Below, piece by piece: positions 1 to 9,692 of a stretch of DNA of 64,000 nucleotides. Position numbers and translations under genes: made by a program. The DNA is taken from assembly GCA_963710755.1 (NCBI GenBank), contig CAVQBK010000001.1, positions 224,001 to 288,000 on the forward strand, written 5' to 3'. Numbering within the stretch: the first letter of the stretch is position 1; each line of letters opens with the position of its first letter. The DNA comes from an uncultured bacterium. Lineage in GTDB: Bacteria > Oederibacteriota > JAAXVQ01 > JAUVAV01. The notes beneath the pieces were generated by a model. The model was not told where the DNA came from. It was given only the letters and a program-made list of their open reading frames with translations, and did not search any database.

Positions 1-1
1 G

Positions 2-1936
2 TTGGAAGTCATGCACCATCTGAACAAACGGTTACGCGCCGCCAAACCCGGCGGCATTCCGGTGGTGCAAATGCGCTTTGATACGGTTTCTTCAGAATCG
101 GACTGGGTGGCGGATCAACTTTTCAAACATAAAACGGAGCATCAACTCACCTGGTCCGATATGGCCATCCTGGTGCGGGCCAAAAAACAGGCCGAACCTT
201 TTTTAAGGGCCCTTAACATTAAGAACATCCCTTTTCGCTTCTCCGGCAATCAAGGGTTGTACAAACGCCCGGAAGTTAAGTGTTGTACGGCCTTCTTAAG
301 ACTGCTCGCCGACCCGGGCAATCCTTTGGCGTTCCATGAATTGGCATCTTCCGTGGTTTACGACCTGCCTGGTGAGGATCTGGCCCTCATCGCGGCCACC
401 AGCAATAAAACCAACTGTTCCATGCTGGAGGTGTTGCAGCGTTCCCTGGCCGCTCAGGAAAAAGCCTTATCCGAGCCCGGGCAGAGCATTGGCCAATGCC
501 TCGTCGCTGATATTCATCATTACTTGGAATTGGCCAAGCGTTTGTCAGCCGGCCAGGTACTCTACCGATTTTTAACTGAGAGCGGCCTGCTGCTTAAATA
601 TAATGAGCATCAAAGCCAACACGCCGATCTAATAATTAAAAATATCGCCAAGTTTTTCGAGGTCGTCCGCCGTTTCGAACAATTGGCACCGTCCGATAAA
701 GTTTTGTATTTTGTGCAGCATATGGACTTGTTGGAGGAAATAGGAGATGATCCCACGGTCTCCGAAATGGATCCGGAGGTCGATGCGGTCCACGTCCTGA
801 CCGTACATCGGGCTAAAGGACTGGAGTTTCCGGTTGTGTTTATGGTGGGGTTGGCCGCCAATAAATTTCCGGCCGTTGGCAGAACGTCCTCCTTGGGATT
901 TCCGTCGGAACTGGCCAAAGAAGATATGCCTCTGGAAGATCAGGTCCTGGCAGAAGAAAGGCGCCTTTTCTATGTGGCCATGACGCGCGCCAAAGAACGG
1001 CTGATCATGACGTCAGCCAAAGATTACGGCGGCAAACGTTCCTACAAACGCTCGCGGTTTGTCATGGAAGCCCTGGAGAACCTGCAGAACGAGGAACAAT
1101 TCATGACCGCTTCACCCCTGGAACGCCTCCAAGGCTATGCGCCCTTGGCCGTTAACGAGCCCCAGGAGCTCAAGCCCATGAGCAGCCAGGACCAGCTCAC
1201 CCTGTCTTATTACCAGATGGATGATTATCAGGCTTGTCCATTAAAATATAAATACGGTCATCTGCTTAAAATTCCGGTTTTACCTCATCATAGTGTTTTT
1301 TATGGCAATGCTCTGCACCTGGCCATCAGTGAATATTTTCGCCGTCAACTGCAGCGCCAATCCATGACCGTGGAGGAGATCGAGGCAGTATTTTTAAAAG
1401 CATGGGTCAACCAGGGATTTATTTCCCGCGAACATGAAGAAAGCCGTCAGCAGGCCGGGTTGGCAGCCTTGCGGCGTTTTGTGGACAAAGAACACCGTAT
1501 GCCCAGTACGCCCACCTTTATTGAAAAGTCCTTCAGTTTTCAATTAGGGGCCAATAAAATCGTGGGGCGTATGGACCGTGTGGACCAACTGCGCGATGGT
1601 CAGGTAGTCATCGTGGATTTCAAAAGCAGCGAAGTGCTGGATCAGTCCGAAGCTGACAAAAAAGCAGCTGATAGCCGTCAGCTGGACTTGTATAGTTTAG
1701 CTTGGCGTGCCATGACCGGGATCACCCCGGCTTCACTGCAGCTGCATTTTATCGAAAGCGGATTGGTGGGATGTACGGAACCCAAACCTGCCAAGATGGA
1801 CAAGATTATGACCATGATCGAGACCGTATCTAAAGGAATCAGGGCCCGCCAGTTTAAGGCCACCCCCAGTGCTTGGACATGTTATTATTGTTCCTATCGT
1901 TCCATTTGTCCTGAGGCAGAACGATCGTCGATTTAA
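2..1936 (+). CDS. UvrD/PcrA-family helicase with C-terminal PD-(D/E)XK (RecB/AddB/AdnB-like) nuclease; 5' part lies outside the window
   Basis: Helicase motifs AILVR, TVHRAKGLEF, EERRLFYVAMTRAK; nuclease motifs GRMDRVD, IVDFKS, QLDLY; Cys pattern CPLKY...CYYC...ICP. Confidence 0.9.
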   Translation: MEVMHHLNKRLRAAKPGGIPVVQMRFDTVSSESDWVADQLFKHKTEHQLTWSDMAILVRAKKQAEPFLRALNIKNIPFRFSGNQGLYKRPEVKCCTAFLRLLADPGNPLAFHELASSVVYDLPGEDLALIAATSNKTNCSMLEVLQRSLAAQEKALSEPGQSIGQCLVADIHHYLELAKRLSAGQVLYRFLTESGLLLKYNEHQSQHADLIIKNIAKFFEVVRRFEQLAPSDKVLYFVQHMDLLEEIGDDPTVSEMDPEVDAVHVLTVHRAKGLEFPVVFMVGLAANKFPAVGRTSSLGFPSELAKEDMPLEDQVLAEERRLFYVAMTRAKERLIMTSAKDYGGKRSYKRSRFVMEALENLQNEEQFMTASPLERLQGYAPLAVNEPQELKPMSSQDQLTLSYYQMDDYQACPLKYKYGHLLKIPVLPHHSVFYGNALHLAISEYFRRQLQRQSMTVEEIEAVFLKAWVNQGFISREHEESRQQAGLAALRRFVDKEHRMPSTPTFIEKSFSFQLGANKIVGRMDRVDQLRDGQVVIVDFKSSEVLDQSEADKKAADSRQLDLYSLAWRAMTGITPASLQLHFIESGLVGCTEPKPAKMDKIMTMIETVSKGIRARQFKATPSAWTCYYCSYRSICPEAERSSI

Positions 1937-1943
1937 ATGAACA

Positions 1944-1975
1944 TTGTAGGGAACGGTCGCGACCGTTCCCTACAA
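1944..1975. repeat. GTAG-type REP-like perfect palindrome (may also act as a terminator)
   Basis: ttgtagggaacggtcg|cgaccgttccctacaa is a perfect 32-bp inverted repeat, 7 nt after the helicase stop. Confidence 0.75.
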
Positions 1976-1994
1976 GAGAGGTGATTTCTTTAAA

Positions 1995-3200
1995 ATGAAA
2001 AAAGTGTTTTCCAAAACCATAGGGCCATTATCCACTGTCTTGCTGGTGGTGTTAATGGCCGGCTGCAGCACCACCATGCGGCTGCGCTCCACCTATCATC
2101 CCTTGCTGCCCAACGCCCAGGAAGCCCGGGAATGGTTGAAAAACATAAGGGTGGCCATTGCCAAGCATTGCCAGGAAGCCCTAATCCTTTCCGATGCGCC
2201 GGTCAGCGTCTACGATATGAATACGCGCCAAAAATTAATGACCCTTGATACTGCCCTGGAGCCGCGATGGAGCTTGAAAGGCCGTCACCTATGGACAGGA
2301 AGCCACCTCTATTCGGCCGCCGAAATCCGGCTGGTACCGCTGGCCGGTCATTATTTGTCGGTCAATGGAGTACCTTATCGCGGCCAACTCAGCTTGTTGC
2401 CCAACAGCGAGAACGGTTTGACGGTCATCAATATTCTGCCACTCGACGACTATCTGCAAGGGGTGGTCCCCAACGAAATGCGGGCCCAATGGCCCTTGGA
2501 GGCACTCAAAGCGCAAGCGCTGGCTGCCCGTTCCTTTGCTGTATATAAGATGAGCGGCAGGCGAAACGCGGACTTTGATCTGGACGCCACCGTCAACAGT
2601 CAGGTTTATCGCGGCATGGCTTCCGAACAGGCCTCAACCAATGAAGCTGTTCAGCAAACCCACAATCTGATTGTGGCCTATCAGCAGCAGGTAATCGCCG
2701 CATTTTATCATTCCAACTGCGGAGGCCATACGGCGGATGTTCGCGATGTGTGGGGAGGAAACTATGCTTATCTTCAAGGTGTAGCCTGCACCTATTGCCG
2801 GCAAGGACCGCATTTCACTTGGTCTTTTGACCTCTCCAAATCACAAATGCAAAAATTGTTTACTCGTTATCATCAGGACTGCCGGGATATAAAAAATGTA
2901 CGCATCTTGTCACGCGACCACAGTGGCCGTGTGCAAAAACTCCAGATACGGCATAGCGGTGGATCATTTGAAATGCAAGGAGCAGCCTTCAGGATGATGG
3001 TTGGAGCGGATAAAATCCGCAGTACCCATTTTGATCTTAGTGATCAGGGGCCGGTGTTACATTTCACGGGCCAGGGATGGGGGCATGGGGTGGGCCTGTG
3101 TCAGGAAGGCGCCAAAGGCATGGCGGAACAGGGCGCTAGGGCGGAAGCCATTATCCGTTATTATTATCCCGGCACCATTCTGGTCAGCCTGGGCCTGTAA
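1995..3200 (+). CDS. SpoIID/LytB-domain lytic transglycosylase-like lipoprotein
   Basis: YLQGVVPNEM, EALKAQALAARS, SQVYRG, GWGHGVGLCQEGA, YYYPG motifs; lipobox LMAGC. Confidence 0.9.
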   Translation: MKKVFSKTIGPLSTVLLVVLMAGCSTTMRLRSTYHPLLPNAQEAREWLKNIRVAIAKHCQEALILSDAPVSVYDMNTRQKLMTLDTALEPRWSLKGRHLWTGSHLYSAAEIRLVPLAGHYLSVNGVPYRGQLSLLPNSENGLTVINILPLDDYLQGVVPNEMRAQWPLEALKAQALAARSFAVYKMSGRRNADFDLDATVNSQVYRGMASEQASTNEAVQQTHNLIVAYQQQVIAAFYHSNCGGHTADVRDVWGGNYAYLQGVACTYCRQGPHFTWSFDLSKSQMQKLFTRYHQDCRDIKNVRILSRDHSGRVQKLQIRHSGGSFEMQGAAFRMMVGADKIRSTHFDLSDQGPVLHFTGQGWGHGVGLCQEGAKGMAEQGARAEAIIRYYYPGTILVSLGL

Positions 3201-3203
3201 AGC

Positions 3204-4244
3204 ATGGAGGCCAAAGATTTCGATTATAGGTTGCCGGAGCATCTAATCGCTCAACACGCCCTGCGCCGCGGGCAATCCCGGCTCATGGTGGTCAACCGCG
3301 CCCTCGGCACCATCACCCATCAACGCTTTAATCAGCTCGCCCAGTGGTTTGATCCCGGCGATTGTCTGGTGGTCAATGATAGTAAAGTCATGCCTGCTCG
3401 TTTCTGGGCGGTCAAAGTTGAAACACAAGCTAAAATTGAATTTTTACTTCATCAGCATATCGCCCCGGGAGAGTGGACAGCCCTGGCCAAGCCAGTTCGA
3501 CGATTGTCTCCTGGGACCAGGTTACAAGCCGGACCTTATGAGTTTTCAGTAAAAACCATCGGGCAACACGGGCAAGTTGTGCTGGGTTTCGCGTCCGCCC
3601 GTCAGTCCCGGCAGGTGCTGAAGCAGTATGGCGTCTTGCCTCTTCCGCCCTATATCAAACGTCAGGTTAAGGCTAAGCGAGACGAAGCCGCTCAAGACCG
3701 CCGCCGATACCAGACGCTTTTTGCCCGCCATGGGGGTTCGGTGGCTGCGCCTACAGCAGGGCTTCATTTTTCTCCAGGACTCACCCAGCGTTTGCAGTCC
3801 CAGGGTATCGCCATTAGTCCTGTTACCTTACATGTGGGGTGGGGCACTTTTGCAGCTTTACCAGAAGGACCCTTGAATGAGGTTAAATTGCATACAGAAT
3901 ACTTCAATATTAGCCAGGAAACAGCCGATCATATTAATGCATGCAAACACGAGGGGCATAAAGTGGTCGCTTGTGGTACCACCGTGACCAGGACCCTGGA
4001 GGCCAACAGTACTGCAGCCGGCACGATAACCCCGGGGCAGGGTGCGACTAATATCTTTATCAAACCGGGTTATCATTGGAAGGTGGTAGATCATTTGATT
4101 ACCAATTTCCATCTGCCCAAGTCGTCCTTGCTAATGTTGGTAGCCGCTTTTGCCGGCAAAGAACTGACGATGAAGGCCTATCAGGAAGCGGTTAATGAGG
4201 GCTATCGATTTTTCAGTTATGGTGATGCCATGCTCATCCTCTGA
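3204..4244 (+). CDS. queA: S-adenosylmethionine:tRNA ribosyltransferase-isomerase
   Basis: FDYRLPEHLIAQ, PLPPYI, YQT, GSVAAPTAGLHF, TNFHLPKSSL, YRFFSYGDAM. Confidence 0.97.
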   Translation: MEAKDFDYRLPEHLIAQHALRRGQSRLMVVNRALGTITHQRFNQLAQWFDPGDCLVVNDSKVMPARFWAVKVETQAKIEFLLHQHIAPGEWTALAKPVRRLSPGTRLQAGPYEFSVKTIGQHGQVVLGFASARQSRQVLKQYGVLPLPPYIKRQVKAKRDEAAQDRRRYQTLFARHGGSVAAPTAGLHFSPGLTQRLQSQGIAISPVTLHVGWGTFAALPEGPLNEVKLHTEYFNISQETADHINACKHEGHKVVACGTTVTRTLEANSTAAGTITPGQGATNIFIKPGYHWKVVDHLITNFHLPKSSLLMLVAAFAGKELTMKAYQEAVNEGYRFFSYGDAMLIL

Positions 4245-4441
4245 TGCCGGTGATAGCTAGTGGCAAAATGCCGACCATTATGAGCAGGCTTAGAGGGGCA
4301 TTTGATGAAACTGGTAATCCCCGGCACCCCTAGCGGATGGATCACGCCCGATGTGCAAAAGAAATGGATAGTTGTGGTCTAGGTCGATGGGGTTGGACGG
4401 AGTAGGGTGAAAATAAAATACAATGGGGCAAAGGATAACCC

Positions 4442-6541
4442 ATGGCAATTAAGCAACAAGGGCCATCACACATTTCCACAACGGGGTTGAAGCAGGTGCA
4501 GCGATATTTTATATCTGCGCACCAGCGACTTGGTGCTGCGCTGCTTGCAGCCCTGGGTCAACCTGAGGTCTACCGCGGCCCTCTTAAAAAACATTTCAAA
4601 AAAAAGGATTTCCAATCTTTTGGGGAAGCATTTTTTATGGGGCTGCTTTCCTTGGCCCAAAGCCTGACTCATCACAGCCAGGACAAGGCGGGCGGAATGG
4701 CCCGAACTTTTTTGGAAAAAAACTTGGATTTGACCATTCCTTTTGAAGCCTATCAGTCCGTTCTGGATCAGCTTAAAATCACCTTTCAAAGCTTGGTACG
4801 CAAGGAAAAAGGAACAGCCCCACTTGCCAAATGGGCCTCCACCATAGATCATCTCTGGATGCAGGGAACCATTGCCATTTCCACCATTTATATTCGCGCC
4901 TGCCAACAATTAATCAAGGAAAAAAACACAGAAAGCGCCCTGCTGTTTCATACCACCCAGAGTCTTGCCATTGATTTGAATTTGGAATCTTTAATGCAAA
5001 AAATGGTCTTTCATGCCGGGCTGCTGCTGAAAAAGAACAATGTCTTTATCTGGATGGAGCAAAGCAACGGTATAAAAAACAACCCCAAAAAAGAACTGGT
5101 CCTGCGCGCCTCCAATCTACCTGCAGATGAGCAGGCATTAAATGCCGTGGCTTATGGAGAAGGTGTTCTAGGACAGGCGGCGGCACTTCAAAAACCCATG
5201 CGGGACAACCACTATGATTTAAAACCTAAAAATCAAAAACCTTCCGTACTGGCCTCAGCCGACAAGATTATGGTGGTGCCTATTATTTATGCTCAGGAAT
5301 TGCTGGGGCTGATGGTGGTGAGTGAGAAGAAAAGTGGCCGCCAGTTTAATTTGATGGACCAGGAGTTGTTGGCCACCTTTGCCAAGCAAATCGCAGTTGT
5401 GTTTAAGAACGTGCTGCTTTTCCAGGAGCAATCCAAAAACACGGAACAACTGGAAATGAAGAATAAAATGCTGGAAGCCCAGGCGGATATGATTCTTCGG
5501 AAAACGGCCCAGTTAGTGGTCTTGAATGAGGTTTCGCAAAACATTAATTCCAGTCTCGATCTGGAAGAGGTGCTGGAATTGCTGGCTAAGCAAAGCGCCC
5601 AAAGCATCGGCGTCAACCGCTGCGTGGTATGGCTCCTTGATGATAATAAAGTGGGACTACACGCTGCAGCAGCCTTTGGGGTGGAAAAAGAAATCCTGAG
5701 CGTGCTGCATTTGCACATCGACGATATGCGGGATACTGTTTTTTTTACCACACTTTCCCAACTCAAACCGGTTCAGCTTTGTACCCAGGAAGACAAAGCG
5801 GTCTTTAAAAAGATATTAAAAAATCAACTGACTGCTCATAATGCGCTGTTGGTGCCCATGATTTTAAAGGATGAAGCCATAGGTATTCTCATGGTGAATG
5901 ATACCCGGGAACAGCATGAATTTCTTGAAGATGAAATCACCCTGATCAGTGCGGTTGCCAACCAAACGGTTATGGCCGTGGCCAATGCCCAATTGTACAA
6001 AAAGGTGATGCAGCAGGCGATCACCGACGGCATGACCGGTCTTTACAACCATCGTTTCTTCCAGTTGCGTTTGAGTGATGAATATAATCACGCCAAGCGC
6101 TATGGTGTTGATCTGTCTGTTTTAATGATGGATATCGATTTCTTTAAAAAATTTAATGATACTTACGGCCATATGGCAGGAGACTTGGTACTTAAGGAGA
6201 TCGCCGGACTGGTCAAATCTCTGGTCCGGGAAAATGATATTGTCGCCCGCTACGGCGGGGAAGAGTTTGTCGTGATCTTGCCCATGACCAATCAATTGGG
6301 CGCCGAGGTGGTGGCCGAACGCATTCGGGCTTCCGTGGCGGAATGCCTTTTTTACGGTAGCATTGACAATCCGCAAGTGGGCATGAGTGTTTCCATTGGC
6401 GTGGCAGGACTAAACGGCCGCGGTCCGGATCTGGCGCCCAGGGACACCCTAATCAAACAGGCTGATGATGCCCTTTACGTGGCCAAAGCCAGAGGCCGTA
6501 ATCAGGTGGTGGTTTATGAGGCCTCGATGGACAATAATTGA
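4442..6541 (+). CDS. Diguanylate cyclase: helical N-terminal sensor, two GAF domains, GGDEF domain
   Basis: TDGMTGLYNHR, DIDFFKKFNDTYGH, I-site REND, active site GGEEF, ADDALY; two GAF-like segments; no TM helix. Confidence 0.92.
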   Translation: MAIKQQGPSHISTTGLKQVQRYFISAHQRLGAALLAALGQPEVYRGPLKKHFKKKDFQSFGEAFFMGLLSLAQSLTHHSQDKAGGMARTFLEKNLDLTIPFEAYQSVLDQLKITFQSLVRKEKGTAPLAKWASTIDHLWMQGTIAISTIYIRACQQLIKEKNTESALLFHTTQSLAIDLNLESLMQKMVFHAGLLLKKNNVFIWMEQSNGIKNNPKKELVLRASNLPADEQALNAVAYGEGVLGQAAALQKPMRDNHYDLKPKNQKPSVLASADKIMVVPIIYAQELLGLMVVSEKKSGRQFNLMDQELLATFAKQIAVVFKNVLLFQEQSKNTEQLEMKNKMLEAQADMILRKTAQLVVLNEVSQNINSSLDLEEVLELLAKQSAQSIGVNRCVVWLLDDNKVGLHAAAAFGVEKEILSVLHLHIDDMRDTVFFTTLSQLKPVQLCTQEDKAVFKKILKNQLTAHNALLVPMILKDEAIGILMVNDTREQHEFLEDEITLISAVANQTVMAVANAQLYKKVMQQAITDGMTGLYNHRFFQLRLSDEYNHAKRYGVDLSVLMMDIDFFKKFNDTYGHMAGDLVLKEIAGLVKSLVRENDIVARYGGEEFVVILPMTNQLGAEVVAERIRASVAECLFYGSIDNPQVGMSVSIGVAGLNGRGPDLAPRDTLIKQADDALYVAKARGRNQVVVYEASMDNN

Positions 6542-6576
6542 GTTTGTGACGATGGCGGGGAATGCCAGGACACGGA

Positions 6577-7155
6577 TTAATAAGTCACTTCGATCTGCCA
6601 GCGCCATCCGCCCGCTGGCGTAAAAGGTATATCAGTCGAGATCTTAATACAACACTTCCCGGTCAATTCAATCAGTCCTTCCAAATAACCAGCTAAATAT
6701 TGACGCAAAGTATTGTTCATTTCAAGATTATTACGTATCACGAAATCAAACTTTTTAGTCTTTCCTGTGTTTATCTGGTTTTCCACTGCCGCATCGCCGG
6801 TATCATTGTATTGTTTCCAGAGGGCAGCCATTTTTTTCACTACATAGTCGGAGGTGGTGAAATGAAAAAACACTTTATAAATGCCCCTGATGTCATTAAT
6901 GGCGATCGATTTGCCCAGGCAACGGAAAGGATTGGGCTTGTTTGGAAAAAGCATCTTGGCGGCCAAGTATAGAGGCGACTCTTCTTCAGGGACATCATAA
7001 CTTTCAACCCAAGAAACCGGCAGAGCGTAGAGGTAAATATTCCTGGTTTTGGGATGGAGACGCTTTAAAAAGTCCTCCTCAAAGGCCGCACCCTTGGCCC
7101 GGATTAGTTGGCGTATGCCTACGTAAAATACTCCTTTGTGTCTGCCCATAGTCAT
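6577..7155 (-). CDS. Hypothetical protein resembling the DUF2378 / V4R-H-NOX-like ligand-binding family
   Basis: 192-aa ORF; pattern KG...LP.SW...G...A...GIY..F...LW..Y.D.G...GYLEG recalled from that family, not verified. Confidence 0.45.
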   Translation of the reverse strand: MTMGRHKGVFYVGIRQLIRAKGAAFEEDFLKRLHPKTRNIYLYALPVSWVESYDVPEEESPLYLAAKMLFPNKPNPFRCLGKSIAINDIRGIYKVFFHFTTSDYVVKKMAALWKQYNDTGDAAVENQINTGKTKKFDFVIRNNLEMNNTLRQYLAGYLEGLIELTGKCCIKISTDIPFTPAGGWRWQIEVTY

Positions 7156-7690
7156 CCTGCCTTTCCGACGTGCCTGGAGTGGATAATAATGCTTTAAAAT
7201 AGAGTTATATTACTGCCTTTAGCCACAATGAAGGCCATGCTTTAGTTTGAGTCACTTTTTAAGCTTAATAGGTCACTTCCACTTAGAAATTGCTCTTCAG
7301 AGACGGTTCCCTTAGTCCGGATTAAATGACGCAAACCCACATAAATAACTCCTTTATGCCGTGCCATGTAAAGACCCCTTCCTGACGCGACCCAATTGGG
7401 TCGCAGTTTGTATAAATGCCGCGTCTTTGGTTATTATCGAACCAGGATTGACCATGGTTAACCGCCATCGCGATTTATTTTATTTCTTTTCCGGAAGTAC
7501 CTGAAAAACAGACGCTTAGCTGGCTGGTCTTTTTATTCAACGGGGCTGGATAATGGCTTAAAAGATTTGCTTTCATCAGGACGCAATATAGCTCACAACT
7601 AACCGGCAGTGGGTATAAGATTCCGGTGTCTGGCAACAAATAATTTTACGGGCTGTCAAAACGGTTGCATCTGGGCGGAGACTATTTAAC

Positions 7691-7720
7691 TTGCTGCCCA
7701 GAAAGGGCAAATGTTATAAT
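7691..7720 (+). promoter_or_regulatory. Sigma70-type promoter for the KaiC-like operon
   Basis: TTGCTG-N18-TATAAT with extended -10 TG. Confidence 0.55.
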
Positions 7721-7733
7721 CTGGCTATATTAT

Positions 7734-7779
7734 AAAATACCGGGTAGGGGTGTGGTGTGCTCCTACCCGGTATTTTGTT
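7734..7779 (+). terminator. Strong leader hairpin followed by a U-rich tail (attenuator-like or GTAG REP)
   Basis: aaaataccgggtagggg / ctcctacccggtatttt: 15 perfect pairs plus extension, ending in ttttgtt. Confidence 0.5.
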
Positions 7780-7856
7780 CCGGGCGCTGAAGATAATCAT
7801 CTCTCCATACGCTTCACGTTCTCGGAATAAATCATTTCCAGATGAGGTGGTCAAGG

Positions 7857-9692
7857 TTGGGTAGTCAAAAACTGAAAACCGGCATTTTGGGATTGGATAA
7901 AATTCTGTTTGGCGGGGTGTTGGAAAACGAGAGCATTCTGATTGAAGGCCTGCCCGGCACAGGCAAGACTACTTTGGGCTTTCATTTTATTTTGCAGGGG
8001 ATTAGTGAGGGGCAAGCCGGACTAATCGTTACTTTTGAAGAATTTCCGGCGCAATATTATCGCGATGCCCTTCAGTTTGGCTGGGACTTGAAACAGCTGG
8101 AAAAGGATCAAAAATTAAAAATCATTATGACCTCGCCCAAAGTCCTGAGTCAGGAACTGGAAAAGCCGGGGGGGATGGTTGAACAAACCATCCGCGAACT
8201 GGATGCCAAACGGGTATTGATCGATTCGATTAATTTCTTGGCACAACATAAAATAGAGAATATGCACCGTCGCGAACAGATCAATCGATTTATCAACGGC
8301 TTCAAACGCCAATCCATCACCACTTTCCTGATCAAGGATATCGAGGATGAAGACCTGGCCCATTGGGGCATGTATTCAGTAGATTGCTATATAAGGTTGA
8401 GCTTTGAGTTGGTACGAGATTACCAACGTCGCCGATTGATAGAGGTTTTTAAGGCTCGAGGGCAGAAACACCTCCATGGACAGCACCCCTTCGAAATTAC
8501 GGAAGAGGGGATTGAAGTGTATCCAACCAGCCTGCCCTCCCTGCCGGGGGCAACGGCCGCTGAAACGGCAGCCACCTTTGAACGTGTCTCCACTGGTATT
8601 GACGGGCTGGATGAGATGCTGGGAGGCGGGTACTACCGGGGCCAACCGGCGATGATCGCCGGCACTTCGGGCACTGGTAAAACCGTGCTGGCCCTGCAGT
8701 TTATCGAAGCAGGGTTGAAAGCCGGGGAAATCTGTCTCTACCTTTCACTGGAAGAGTTGGACCGGACTTTGTTACGTCATGCCCATTCCCTGGGGATGGC
8801 CTTTGAACCCTATCTTGAAAAAGAGCAATTAACGGTGGTCAATATCCCTACAGCCGGCCTAAGTGAAGGCGAATTTCTCCATCTCATTCATAAACATTTG
8901 GAAGAGATCAGGCCAAAACGAGTGGTGATCGACCCCATTACTTTCTTAAATAACATCGCTTTATCCAAGGAAACCATCCATCTTACATTTCAGTCCATGA
9001 TGCGTCTTTTTCGCGACCTTCATGTAACCTTATTGTGCACCTCCGAAATATCAGAAGTCGTCGGTGATTTTAAATTAAGCGATCACAATCTTTCCTATAT
9101 GGTGGATACAGTAATTTTGGTGCGCATGGCCGAAATCGAAGGCTCTATCCGCAAAGCCCTGATGATCATCAAGCAGCGCGGATCAAGCCACGACCGCAAC
9201 CTGCGGGAACTGTTGATCGGAACCCATGGTGTTTCTATTGGCGATCCTTTCCACAGCCATGAAGGCATTTTGGCCGGCATGACGCGCCGTCGTTCCGGGG
9301 CGGACCCTTATCAACTTCTGGTCGTGGATGATGATCAGCAGATGTTGGAACTTATCAAGGCCACCTTCCGCGATGAACCTTATACCCTGGTCACCTGCGG
9401 TGACGGGGAGAGTGCCCTGAAATTGACCATGACCGAAGGCCCGGACCTGATTCTGCTTGATCTCATGTTGCCCAAACTTAATGGCTTTGAAGTCTGTCAA
9501 AAACTTAAACAAGATCCGGCCACCGCCAATATACCCATCATCATGCTATCCGCCAAAGGCGAGACGGAATCTAAAGTACACGGTCTTAAGATCGGCGCTG
9601 ACGATTACCTAACCAAACCCTTCTCACCCCAGGAATTAGTGGCCCGGGTAAAAATGATTTTACGGCGGGTCTATAGCAAGAGGCTGCATTAA
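7857..9692 (+). CDS. Double-domain KaiC-like (RecA-superfamily) ATPase fused to a C-terminal receiver (REC) domain
   Basis: Two Walker A motifs (GLPGTGKT, GTSGTGKT), EE catalytic pairs (TFEE, SLEE), KARG/KQRG; REC motifs VVDDD, LLDLMLP, MLSA, KPF. Start placed at TTG 7857 behind SD GAGGTG (ORF track starts at 7842). Confidence 0.9.
   Translation: MGSQKLKTGILGLDKILFGGVLENESILIEGLPGTGKTTLGFHFILQGISEGQAGLIVTFEEFPAQYYRDALQFGWDLKQLEKDQKLKIIMTSPKVLSQELEKPGGMVEQTIRELDAKRVLIDSINFLAQHKIENMHRREQINRFINGFKRQSITTFLIKDIEDEDLAHWGMYSVDCYIRLSFELVRDYQRRRLIEVFKARGQKHLHGQHPFEITEEGIEVYPTSLPSLPGATAAETAATFERVSTGIDGLDEMLGGGYYRGQPAMIAGTSGTGKTVLALQFIEAGLKAGEICLYLSLEELDRTLLRHAHSLGMAFEPYLEKEQLTVVNIPTAGLSEGEFLHLIHKHLEEIRPKRVVIDPITFLNNIALSKETIHLTFQSMMRLFRDLHVTLLCTSEISEVVGDFKLSDHNLSYMVDTVILVRMAEIEGSIRKALMIIKQRGSSHDRNLRELLIGTHGVSIGDPFHSHEGILAGMTRRRSGADPYQLLVVDDDQQMLELIKATFRDEPYTLVTCGDGESALKLTMTEGPDLILLDLMLPKLNGFEVCQKLKQDPATANIPIIMLSAKGETESKVHGLKIGADDYLTKPFSPQELVARVKMILRRVYSKRLH

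Noticed and set aside
7300-7370. gacgcaaa resembling a c-di-GMP-I riboswitch
   Set aside because: No upstream GGCAAAC stem with GNRA loop and no receptor stem
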